Of a stretch of 64,000 nucleotides of DNA, positions 9,043 through 16,695 are shown piece by piece (position 1 is the first letter of the stretch; each line of letters begins with the position of its first letter). This DNA is from an uncultured archaeon. GTDB lineage: Archaea; Aenigmatarchaeota; Aenigmatarchaeia; Aenigmatarchaeales; Aenigmatarchaeaceae. A program made the translations under genes and the position numbers. The DNA is taken from contig CAYGBE010000214.1 of assembly GCA_964348065.1 (NCBI GenBank), forward strand, positions 2,572 through 66,571, written 5' to 3'. The notes beneath the pieces were generated by a model. It had not been told where the DNA came from. It searched no databases and saw only the letters and a program-made list of their open reading frames with translations.

Positions 9043-10593
9043 ATGGCAAGAGAAGCAATTGACACTTATAAAATAGAGGCTGATAAAGTACCCGGAAAAG
9101 TTAGTATAATAAAAAGACCAGAAGAATACACTCCGGTTTATGAGGTTAGATTCCCAGCAGTAGAACCTGCAACACGGGCTATTTTAGATTCTATAAAAGA
9201 AACATTAATAGAAATTGTAAAAATAGAAGTGAGTGAAATTTTAGATCCTAAAGCAATGGAAGGCATTAAGAAAAGATTCTTAGAAAGTGCACTTCAAACA
9301 ATTTCTAAAGAAATGCCTAAAGTTTCAGATGAGGAAAAAAACATATTAGCAGGATATCTTGTTCATGAGATGCTTGGTTTAGGAAGACTTGAAATTATAT
9401 TAAATGATGATAACTTAGAAGAACTTGTTATAAATAATTCTACTGAATGTGCTTGGGTATTCCACAAGAGACATGGTTGGTTAAAAACAAATATAATAAT
9501 TCCATCAGAAGAACAGATATACAACTATGCAAGTTTAATAGGAAGAAAAGTTGGAAGACAAATAACTAATTTAAGTCCATTAATGGATGCCCACTTAATA
9601 ACAGGAGACAGAGTTAATGCTACTTTGTTTCCAATATCAACAAAAGGAAATACAATAACAATAAGAAAATTCAGAAGAGAGCCCTGGACAATGGTACATT
9701 TTCTTGATCCTGCTAATAAAACGCTTTCAATGGAAATAGCTGCTTTGTTATGGTTGTGCATGCAATATGAATTAAACATATTAGTTGCTGGAGGAACAGC
9801 TTCAGGAAAAACTTCAGTACTAAATGCAATGATGCCTTTCATACCACCAACCCACAGAATAATATCAATTGAGGACACCAGAGAGCTTCGTTTACCAGAC
9901 TTCTTGCACTGGATCCCTTTAACAACAAGAGAACCAAATCCAGAAGGAAAAGGAGAAATAACAATGTTAGATTTATTAGTTAACTCTTTGAGAATGAGAC
10001 CTGATAGGGTTGTTGTAGGAGAGATAAGAAGACAGGGCGAAGCTGAAGTTCTATTCGAAGCAATGCACACTGGTCACAGTGTTTATGCAACATTGCACGC
10101 TGACACAGCTGAACAAGTCATAAGAAGATTAACTAATCCTCCAATTGACTTGCCAGAAACTTTGTTAGAATCTTTGCATTTAGTTGTAGTTCAATTTAGG
10201 CATAGAAGAAGAGGAATAAGAAGAACATTACAAGTAGCAGAATTACTTCCAGGAGGTGCAAGAGGTGAAGCAAAGGCAAGATTAGAAACATTATATAGAT
10301 GGAAACCTCAAACTGATAAAATAGTAAAGGTTAGGGACAGCATAAGGTTAATAGATGAGGTAAGAATGCACACTGGAATGACAGATGAAGAAATGGAAAA
10401 AGATTTGAGAGAAAAAGAAATTGTTTTACAATGGATGCTGAATAACCAAGTAAATACTGTAAATACTGTAGGAAAAGTTGTTGCTGATTATTATCATAAC
10501 AGAGAAAAGATTTTAAAAATAGTTAACCAAAATGGTAAACCCGATGAAATTCTTGGACCAAGTTTTATGAAAGAACTCAAAAAAGCTGTTTAA
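9043..10593 (+). CDS. type IV pilus/archaellum-type secretion ATPase (FlaI/PilB/GspE superfamily)
   Basis: 516 aa. Walker A VAGGTASGKTSVLNAMM, Asp box IISIEDTRELRL, Walker B RPDRVVVGEIR, His box EAMHTGHSVYATLHAD. Confidence 0.85.
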   Translation: MAREAIDTYKIEADKVPGKVSIIKRPEEYTPVYEVRFPAVEPATRAILDSIKETLIEIVKIEVSEILDPKAMEGIKKRFLESALQTISKEMPKVSDEEKNILAGYLVHEMLGLGRLEIILNDDNLEELVINNSTECAWVFHKRHGWLKTNIIIPSEEQIYNYASLIGRKVGRQITNLSPLMDAHLITGDRVNATLFPISTKGNTITIRKFRREPWTMVHFLDPANKTLSMEIAALLWLCMQYELNILVAGGTASGKTSVLNAMMPFIPPTHRIISIEDTRELRLPDFLHWIPLTTREPNPEGKGEITMLDLLVNSLRMRPDRVVVGEIRRQGEAEVLFEAMHTGHSVYATLHADTAEQVIRRLTNPPIDLPETLLESLHLVVVQFRHRRRGIRRTLQVAELLPGGARGEAKARLETLYRWKPQTDKIVKVRDSIRLIDEVRMHTGMTDEEMEKDLREKEIVLQWMLNNQVNTVNTVGKVVADYYHNREKILKIVNQNGKPDEILGPSFMKELKKAV

Positions 10594-10594
10594 A

Positions 10595-11470
10595 ATGATA
10601 GTTCCTTTTGTTCCTTTTCCAACTAAAAAAGCAGCGAAAGAAGCAGTAGCACATTTTTCAAAATTTGGAGATATAATTTGCAAATCCTTTCCAGGTTTAA
10701 AACTAACTCTTTATCAAGCCAAAATTGACTTAAGACCAAGAGAATATGCTTCTTTAATTGTTTTAACAGCTATTTTCTATTTTGTATTATTAACACCTTT
10801 AATATTCTGGATAGGATTAATTGCAGGTAAGATAGATTTTTTCCTTCCTTTTTTTGTTGGTGGTGTTTTTTCTCTTTTTATTTTCTTTTATTTAATGAAT
10901 TATCCAAAAGTTGTTGCTCATAGAAGAATGAAAGTTTTAGAATCAGACCTATTAAACTCTTTACAACACATGCTAGTTGAAATTAAGTCAGGCGTTCCAC
11001 TCTTTAATTCAATGGTAAGCATAAGCATAGGCTATGGAGAGATAAGTGAAGAGTTTAAAAAAGTAGTAAGGGAAATAAATGCTGGAAAATCTGAAATAGG
11101 GGCTTTGGAAGAAGCATCTAGAAGAAATCCCTCTTTGTATTTTAGAAGAACTTTGTGGCAATTAACAAACTCTATAAAAGCTGGAAGCGATATTGGTGAT
11201 GCTTTAGAAGGCATTGTCCATAATTTAACACAAGAACAAATAATAGCAATAAGAAAATATGGACGAGAATTAAGTCCTTATACATTAATCTATATGATGA
11301 TTGCAATAATCATGCCAACCTTAGGAATAACATTCTTAATTATATTGTCTTCCTTTGCTGGTATCGTAATACCAAAATTAATATTTCCTTTAATAATTGT
11401 TGCCTTAGCAGTTTTCCAATATTTTTATATGGGAATAATAAAAACCAAAAGGCCTTTAATGGTGAGATAG
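10595..11470 (+). CDS. PilC/TadB-like pilus platform membrane protein (one T2SS-F type domain)
   Basis: 291 aa. Cytoplasmic helical domain (LLNSLQHMLVEIKSGVPLFNSMVSIS...EISEEFKKVVREINAGKSEIGALEEAS) flanked by TM segments, directly after the ATPase. Confidence 0.7.
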   Translation: MIVPFVPFPTKKAAKEAVAHFSKFGDIICKSFPGLKLTLYQAKIDLRPREYASLIVLTAIFYFVLLTPLIFWIGLIAGKIDFFLPFFVGGVFSLFIFFYLMNYPKVVAHRRMKVLESDLLNSLQHMLVEIKSGVPLFNSMVSISIGYGEISEEFKKVVREINAGKSEIGALEEASRRNPSLYFRRTLWQLTNSIKAGSDIGDALEGIVHNLTQEQIIAIRKYGRELSPYTLIYMMIAIIMPTLGITFLIILSSFAGIVIPKLIFPLIIVALAVFQYFYMGIIKTKRPLMVR

Positions 11471-12463
11471 TTGAAAGACATTTATTATTTAACCCCAAAA
11501 AGATACAGAGATTTTTTTAAAAAACAAATAAGATATGCTGGAATAAAAGAAAATACAACTAACAAAATAGTGGGTTTTTCCTTTGTCTTATCAATAATTT
11601 TAGCTATTAACTTTTCTCTAATTTTCCTTTTGCTTGGTTTTGGGACTTTGGGAATTTTAATAGGTGTGGGAATTGGTGGAGGTGTTATAATTTTAACTTA
11701 TTTAATCTTCATGTTTATTGCAGACTCGAGAGCTAATCATATTGAAAAGGTTTTGCCAGATGCTTTACAGCTGATGTCAGCAAATATAAGAGCTGGTATG
11801 ACTGTTGATAGAGCAATATGGCTTTCTGCAAGACCCGAATTCGGAGTTCTTGAAGAAGAAATTAAAAAAGTTGGTGCAAGAACAATGGGAGGGAAATCAT
11901 TAAAAGTGGCACTTACTGAAATGACAAAAAATATTAAATCAAAGATACTGAATAGAACAGTAAAATTGCTATTAGAAGGTATAGAATCTGGAGGAGAACT
12001 TGCTCACCTATTAGAAGAAACTGCAAACAACATAAGAGTTACTCAAACTCTTAAAAAAGAGATAAAATCCTCAGTATTGACTTATTCAATATTTATATTA
12101 TTTGCTGCTGTACTTGCAGCACCATTCTTATTTTCAATAAGTATTTTCTTTGTTGATACAATGACTACTCTTTGGGGTTCAATAGGAACTGGAACAGAAA
12201 TAGCTGGACAGGGAATGGGAATAGGTGGATTTTTAAAAAAAGCTACAGGTCCCCAAATAACTGTGGATGACTTATTTTGGTTTTCTGTATCAGCATTATC
12301 AATAACAGCATTCTTTGGTTCACTATCAATAGGATTAATTCAAACAGGAAAAGAAAAGAATGGCTTAAGGCTTATTCCACTCTTACTCATAGGATCAATA
12401 ACAGTTTTAATAGTGTCTAGAATGGTTGTGGAGATGTTTTTTGGAAGCTTTTTTGCTTTATAG
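11471..12463 (+). CDS. PilC/TadC-like pilus platform membrane protein (second T2SS-F type domain)
   Basis: 330 aa. LPDALQLMSANIRAGMTVDRAIWLSA...EIKKVGARTMGGKSLKVALTEM plus TM segments. The TTG start lies immediately after the upstream TAG, with GGTGAG 5-10 nt upstream. There is no in-frame ATG for about 80 codons. Confidence 0.7.
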   Translation: MKDIYYLTPKRYRDFFKKQIRYAGIKENTTNKIVGFSFVLSIILAINFSLIFLLLGFGTLGILIGVGIGGGVIILTYLIFMFIADSRANHIEKVLPDALQLMSANIRAGMTVDRAIWLSARPEFGVLEEEIKKVGARTMGGKSLKVALTEMTKNIKSKILNRTVKLLLEGIESGGELAHLLEETANNIRVTQTLKKEIKSSVLTYSIFILFAAVLAAPFLFSISIFFVDTMTTLWGSIGTGTEIAGQGMGIGGFLKKATGPQITVDDLFWFSVSALSITAFFGSLSIGLIQTGKEKNGLRLIPLLLIGSITVLIVSRMVVEMFFGSFFAL

Positions 12464-12503
12464 AAATCTTTAAGTACCAAGTTGACAAAATAAAATATTA
12501 AAT

Positions 12504-12510
12504 AGGAGGT
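12504..12510 (+). promoter_or_regulatory. Shine-Dalgarno-type ribosome-binding site of the major pilin gene
   Basis: AGGAGGT lies 7 nt upstream of the ATG at 12518. An A/T-rich box (aaaataaaatattaaat) upstream is a possible own promoter. Confidence 0.5.
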
Positions 12511-12517
12511 ATTAAAA

Positions 12518-12979
12518 ATGAGAGGACAGACAGCAGTTGAATACTTAATGACTTATGGATGGGCAATTTTAATAATTTTGATAGTGGCTGGAGTTCTAGC
12601 ATATTATGGAATATTTGCACCATCAGGCTTTTTAGGAGAATCTGCAACAGGGTTTACAGATATAATGGTACTTTCACCCTGGAGTTTAGGTGCTGACGGT
12701 GTTTTTACGGGAAACTTAGAAAACAGAGTTGGTGAAACAGTAAATGTTACTGATGTATATATTTGGTCAACAACTGAGGCAAGTAAAGCTGGTACCGGAT
12801 CTCCCACAGGAGGCGATGTAACACTTGTAGCAGGTGAAAAGGCCATAATAAATTTCACAGCGATTAATGGTGTAACTGGTACTGCAGGTAACACTTATAC
12901 ATTTAGTGTTTCCATAACATACTTATACGGAGGAGTAAGTTTCAACAGTACAGGCAGAATAAGCGGAACATACAGCTAA
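12518..12979 (+). CDS. type IV pilin, major-pilin candidate
   Basis: 153 aa. MRG|QTAVEYLMTYGWAILIILIVAGVLAYYG is a class III signal with a Q+1/E+5-type motif. The rest is a small Gly/Thr-rich globular part. It has a strong RBS, its own intergenic spacer and locally higher GC. Confidence 0.7.
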   Translation: MRGQTAVEYLMTYGWAILIILIVAGVLAYYGIFAPSGFLGESATGFTDIMVLSPWSLGADGVFTGNLENRVGETVNVTDVYIWSTTEASKAGTGSPTGGDVTLVAGEKAIINFTAINGVTGTAGNTYTFSVSITYLYGGVSFNSTGRISGTYS

Positions 12980-12981
12980 TT

Positions 12982-13017
12982 GGTTTTTACTCTTTTAAGT
13001 TTTTTTTATTGTTTTTT
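12982..13017. terminator. T-rich bidirectional terminator region between convergent operons
   Basis: tggtttttactcttttaagttttttttattgttttttc lies between the pilin stop (12979) and the stop of the minus-strand small-gene operon (13018). Oligo-T runs are the usual archaeal termination signal. Confidence 0.3.
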
Positions 13018-13278
13018 CTATTTCTTTTTAGATTTGTTCTTTTTCCATTTTTTAAGATATTCTAAGTATTCTTCGAACATATAATACCACATTCCTTCTG
13101 GCCAATCGTCGTCTTTATATTCTTTTTCAATATCTTTGTCTAAATTGTAAGCATTCTTAGCTTTTCTTAGTTTTTTTCTGTTCTTATATCCATCAACATT
13201 AACATCAAATTCCTCTAATTTTACATTTCCTGTTCTCTTGTCTATAATCATTTTTTGACTGATTTTTGACTGGTACAT
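13018..13278 (-). CDS. small hypothetical protein E (86 aa, lysine-rich tail)
   Basis: MYQSKISQKMIIDKRTGNVKLEEFDVNV...KKWKKNKSKKK. The ATG at 13278 lies 1 nt after the upstream stop, with AGGAAG about 8 nt upstream. The track start at 13326 would overlap the preceding gene by 47 nt. Confidence 0.4.
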   Translation of the reverse strand: MYQSKISQKMIIDKRTGNVKLEEFDVNVDGYKNRKKLRKAKNAYNLDKDIEKEYKDDDWPEGMWYYMFEEYLEYLKKWKKNKSKKK

Positions 13279-13279
13279 A

Positions 13280-13468
13280 TTATCTTCCTTTTTGCAAATC
13301 GTAAGTATAGTAATTAGCATTATCAACTAAATCAGGCAAACGGTGAGATAAATCTCTGGCTATTCCCAGATCATTTGATTTAGAAGACCCTCTACCATGA
13401 ATAGCGGAAAAATATTTGTTATTAGTACATACAGAAGTAACACTTATTTTACCATAGTATTCTGTCAT
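13280..13468 (-). CDS. small hypothetical protein D (62 aa), paralog of C
   Basis: MTEYYGKISVTSVCTNNKYFSAIHGRGSSKSNDLGIARDLSHRLPDLVDNAN... The ATG at 13468 overlaps the upstream TAA (TAATG), and GGGTGGG lies 6-9 nt upstream. About 40 percent identical to C by hand alignment. Confidence 0.45.
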   Translation of the reverse strand: MTEYYGKISVTSVCTNNKYFSAIHGRGSSKSNDLGIARDLSHRLPDLVDNANYYTYDLQKGR

Positions 13469-13665
13469 TAATCCCACCCATTTGATCTTTTATGAGCTTC
13501 ATATGCAATCTGATTTGCTCTGTTAACACAATCGGCCAAACCATCAGAAATGCTTCTTGCTATGTCTCTGTCATTTGATCTGGAAGAACCTTCTCCTACT
13601 AGTTTAGTATAATCTTTTCTAGTTGTTATTGTGCTTTTATTATGAACTTTTCCATAATATGACAT
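13468..13665 (-). CDS. small hypothetical protein C (65 aa)
   Basis: MSYYGKVHNKSTITTRKDYTKLVGEGSSRSNDRDIARSISDGLADCVNRAN... The start overlaps the stop of B (TAATG), and GAGGTGAT lies upstream. Confidence 0.45.
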   Translation of the reverse strand: MSYYGKVHNKSTITTRKDYTKLVGEGSSRSNDRDIARSISDGLADCVNRANQIAYEAHKRSNGWD

Positions 13666-13826
13666 TACATCACCTCGTTTTGTACATAAGAGGCCGTGTA
13701 TTTTACATGGTCTTTGTCTTTACCAGTTACTTTTAAGCCTCTTTCAAAAGTTGTAGAATTCTCATTTCCATAGAATCTGTTTGAGAACTCGCTTTTTACA
13801 TAATAGGGAGATTTTTTGTCTACCAT
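13665..13826 (-). CDS. small hypothetical protein B (53 aa, below the track cut-off)
   Basis: Own translation: MVDKKSPYYVKSEFSNRFYGNENSTTFERGLKVTGKDKDHVKYTASYVQNEVM. It fills the gap between A and C exactly, starting 8 nt after the stop of A and ending in TAATG with C. Confidence 0.35.
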   Translation of the reverse strand: MVDKKSPYYVKSEFSNRFYGNENSTTFERGLKVTGKDKDHVKYTASYVQNEVM

Positions 13827-13834
13827 AAAATCAT

Positions 13835-14077
13835 CTAATATGGATTAAAATATCCTTGATCTCTTCCGTATTTTTTCTTGATTTTTTCATCAAAGTTCTT
13901 TTCAAGAGAATAAGAAACACCAGAACTTTTTGAACCCCTTACTTCACTTATTCCAAAAGCATTCATAGCACCTATTAATCCTCTGTCTCTATGAACTATA
14001 GAATGATCAAGTTGAGAACCACGATAATCTGTTTCAACTGTTGTTTTATCTCTTTTTGATTTTACTTTTATACTCAT
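13835..14077 (-). CDS. small hypothetical protein A (80 aa)
   Basis: MSIKVKSKRDKTTVETDYRGSQLDHSIVHRDRG...EVRGSKSSGVSYSLEKNF. It starts 11 nt after the DUF523 stop, with GGGGTG in the spacer. It shares the G-x-[GK]-S-S motif with C and D. Confidence 0.45.
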   Translation of the reverse strand: MSIKVKSKRDKTTVETDYRGSQLDHSIVHRDRGLIGAMNAFGISEVRGSKSSGVSYSLEKNFDEKIKKKYGRDQGYFNPY

Positions 14078-14088
14078 TTTAACACCCC

Positions 14089-14562
14089 CTAAGAATTTTT
14101 TAAAAGAAGATCTATTTTCTCTAAAGTTGAGAAAATATTATTTAAATTGGTTGAAATTATTGGAACCTGAAAATTCCTTTTTTGCATCTCATTTTCAAGT
14201 TCTTCTATTAAAATTCCTTTTCCAGGAACATTCTTTTTTCCATTGTTAATTCTATAAACGCCGCAGATTGGGGAAAACTCCACTCCAAGAATTCCTACAA
14301 CTTCAAAATTTGCATCCAAATATTTCTTGATTGTATTTATAATAAAAGCAGAAGTTTTTTCACAGTATTTTTTATAAATTTTAGAATTGTTCTCATTTTT
14401 TATGAACTTCCCATTACAATCTATTTTAGGACATGGCATTTGAACTATTCCTATACTTGATTCAGCAAGCAATTCTACCAATTCTTTTACTTTATAGAAT
14501 TTTTCATTTCTTATATTTTGATTTAATATACAGTGTGAAACAAAAATTATTTTTTCACTCAT
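14089..14562 (-). CDS. DUF523/TudS-like protein, paralog 2
   Basis: 157 aa. IIFVSHCILNQNIR, MPCPKID and SPICGV. The C-terminal NGKKNVPGKGILIEELENEMQKRNFQVPII is nearly identical to paralog 1. Confidence 0.45.
   Translation of the reverse strand: MSEKIIFVSHCILNQNIRNEKFYKVKELVELLAESSIGIVQMPCPKIDCNGKFIKNENNSKIYKKYCEKTSAFIINTIKKYLDANFEVVGILGVEFSPICGVYRINNGKKNVPGKGILIEELENEMQKRNFQVPIISTNLNNIFSTLEKIDLLLKNS
14156..14236. repeat. inverted repeat arm 2 (partner of 1902-1982)
   Basis: The reverse complement reads aaagaatgttcctggaaaaggaattttaatagaagaacttgaaaatgagatgcaaaaaaggaattttcaggttccaataat, identical to arm 1 at 77/81 positions. Confidence 0.8.
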
Positions 14563-14642
14563 AGATCTAATATGAACATAAATGTGGCATATAAAATTCT
14601 AACCACTGGGAGTTGTAAAAAATAATTAAAAAGAAAAGAAGA

Positions 14643-15284
14643 TTATATTCCAGTTGGAATTATGTCAACCGGAATCACATCAGCTGGAAGTATATCTGCA
14701 ATAGCTCCAAGAACGAACGCTGCTGCAATGGCTATTGCCACAATTACGATCACTGCTATGATTAAAACTGGTACTAACCATGTAAGAACTGCCTTTATTG
14801 TACTGTATTGATGAGCCTCTTTCAATGCCATTGTCAAAAGGTATAGACCATATAACAAAGCTATAAATGCTAAGAGTGGTCCTGCGAATGGAATCAGGGA
14901 TACTATTGTTGATATTACACTTAAAGGTGCACTGTAAATAGCGTACAAATAAGATTGTGTCTTATAATTTCCTTTTCCACCAAACATTAATGCTAATACA
15001 AAAAGTATTGCTGAAACTATTAGCCAACCTATAACACTTACTATAGGTGTTAATATTAAAGATGAAAAGAATGCTTCTACACCCGTGGGAGGTGAATACA
15101 TTGGAAATAATTCACTTGCTATTTCTACACCAACAATCAGCTGGTATAAACCCATTATGAAGCCTGATATAACTCCTGCAACAGCTATATGTTTAGCGCC
15201 TTCAGTAAGATTTGCTTTATGTTTTTCTTTTTTAAATGTCTTTACAGGTTTTGTTAAACTATCTCTCCATAAATTAAAATTCAA
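14643..15284 (-). CDS. Yip1-domain-like polytopic membrane protein
   Basis: 213 aa. A soluble N-terminal about 30 aa is followed by five hydrophobic segments, the general architecture of prokaryotic Yip1/DUF1282 proteins. Weak call. Confidence 0.4.
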   Translation of the reverse strand: MNFNLWRDSLTKPVKTFKKEKHKANLTEGAKHIAVAGVISGFIMGLYQLIVGVEIASELFPMYSPPTGVEAFFSSLILTPIVSVIGWLIVSAILFVLALMFGGKGNYKTQSYLYAIYSAPLSVISTIVSLIPFAGPLLAFIALLYGLYLLTMALKEAHQYSTIKAVLTWLVPVLIIAVIVIVAIAIAAAFVLGAIADILPADVIPVDIIPTGI

Positions 15285-15325
15285 ATAATCACCTATTCCT
15301 ATTAATAAATTAGTTATTTATAAAT

Positions 15326-16108
15326 TTACTTAACTTTCTTTCTTCTATCTACGTAAAATGCTGTATAAGAAAGAAGAACTAAAGGTGATGTTACAAAAAG
15401 AGTTAAGAGTGTGCCTAATAAACGCAAGACGCTATTTAATCCTGCATTAAAAAAGAAGAACATAAAAAACAAGAATAAGACGCTTAAGAAATATCTCTTA
15501 GAAATAACAAAACTTCTTTTAACTGCTTGAAATGCGCTAAGATTATCAATTACAACTGCTTGGTTAATAAATATAAACAATATGCCAAAAAGAACTAAAA
15601 TTATTGCACCCAAAATAATTGACAGAAAAATGAAAAATAAATATGAGGTTGGAGCTGTCTGAAGGGAAAAACCAGAAAAACTGATTAAAATAGTTGCTGG
15701 GCTAAAAACAGCAACAACTATCACAAATAATATTAACAAAACAATTAAATTAGCTCCAAGAATTGTCCAGAATTTTGATTGAACTGTTTTGAACATTACT
15801 TCAAACCTTGTTCTTCTGTTTAAAGATTCATAAAGCATTCTTACAAATCCTCCCTTTAATATTGTTGAAGCTAGAATCCCTACTATAAACATTACAACAG
15901 AAAATGAGAAAATGCCCAAATTATCTAACATGGCCTTTGTTAGATTTATGTCTCTTGAAAATGGAGTTAAAACAAAAACCCAAGGCATTAGACCTATTAT
16001 AACTGGAACAAGAAACACTAAGATCTGTAAAAGTATTGCTGCAAAAATTTGCCAAAAATTCTTTTTATATGCTATCCATGCTTTTTCAATATATTCGACT
16101 GTACTCAT
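15326..16108 (-). CDS. polytopic membrane protein (DUF975-like architecture)
   Basis: 260 aa. N-terminus YIEKAWIAYKKNFWQIFAAILLQIL followed by six hydrophobic segments. Family assignment is tentative. Confidence 0.35.
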   Translation of the reverse strand: MSTVEYIEKAWIAYKKNFWQIFAAILLQILVFLVPVIIGLMPWVFVLTPFSRDINLTKAMLDNLGIFSFSVVMFIVGILASTILKGGFVRMLYESLNRRTRFEVMFKTVQSKFWTILGANLIVLLILFVIVVAVFSPATILISFSGFSLQTAPTSYLFFIFLSIILGAIILVLFGILFIFINQAVVIDNLSAFQAVKRSFVISKRYFLSVLFLFFMFFFFNAGLNSVLRLLGTLLTLFVTSPLVLLSYTAFYVDRRKKVK

Positions 16109-16146
16109 TAGATAATAATTGTAAGAATCGACTTATAAAAATATAG

Positions 16147-16305
16147 TTAAAAGAAAGAAAAGAGTATTAGTTCTAAAATTATTACTGCAACACCAATAAA
16201 AACAACTATTTTGGGTTCCATTTTTATTTTGCTTTCTGCACCTTCTTCATATCTTACTAACCCTGCCATTCCTGTTGGTGTTCTTAATTTTTTCTTATCA
16301 GCCAT
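16147..16305 (-). CDS. secG: preprotein translocase subunit Sec61-beta (archaeal SecG)
   Basis: Own translation, 52 aa: MADKKKLRTPTGMAGLVRYEEGAESKIKMEPKIVVFIGVAVIILELILFSFF. The AGL-x-RY motif, the K-x-x-P region and a single C-terminal TM helix are the archaeal Sec61-beta pattern. Below the 60-aa track cut-off. Confidence 0.6.
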   Translation of the reverse strand: MADKKKLRTPTGMAGLVRYEEGAESKIKMEPKIVVFIGVAVIILELILFSFF

Positions 16306-16346
16306 ATTAATCAATATTCATTACTATACCTAAAAATTATTTAAGT

Positions 16347-16664
16347 TTATCTTTTTCTTCTTCTCAATTTTCTTTTAACTGGCTTTATTTTTACTGCTTT
16401 CTTTTTCACTGTTTTTATCTTTTCCTCTTCAACATTAACTAAAGCTAAGTATATTAGCATTGACCAAATAATTATGTCAACCAACAAATTAATCCAGATT
16501 ATTTCTAAAGGTGCCCCAGGATAATCTATTTGGCTCATCCATGGTAAAAGATAACCCCAATAAGTAATTCCAATAAGGAATATATTTGGAAAAAACCCTG
16601 TAATCAATGTAAGAATTATTCCAGTCAAAATAGAATAAATTGGTATTTTATATTGCTTGCACAT
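16347..16664 (-). CDS. small membrane protein with basic C-terminal tail
   Basis: 105 aa. Three hydrophobic segments followed by KKKAVKIKPVKRKLRRRKR. Confidence 0.35.
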   Translation of the reverse strand: MCKQYKIPIYSILTGIILTLITGFFPNIFLIGITYWGYLLPWMSQIDYPGAPLEIIWINLLVDIIIWSMLIYLALVNVEEEKIKTVKKKAVKIKPVKRKLRRRKR

Positions 16665-16695
16665 AATAATTCATGAGAACTTCTATTATATAAAT

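Noticed and set aside
2750-10070. Antisense or overlapping ORFs inside longer genes, such as 2750-2974, 3009-3191, 3761-3943, 5464-5913, 5925-6140, 7004-7435, 8318-8740 and 9525-10070. Similar cases occur later: 26884-27453, 35898-36466, 43873-44415, 49338-49592, 49963-50495, 51860-52201 and 54287-54577.
   Set aside because: These are shadow ORFs opposite or inside well-supported genes with recognisable motifs. Their translations are low-complexity and rich in Ser, Phe, Ile and Leu, as expected from AT-rich antisense frames.
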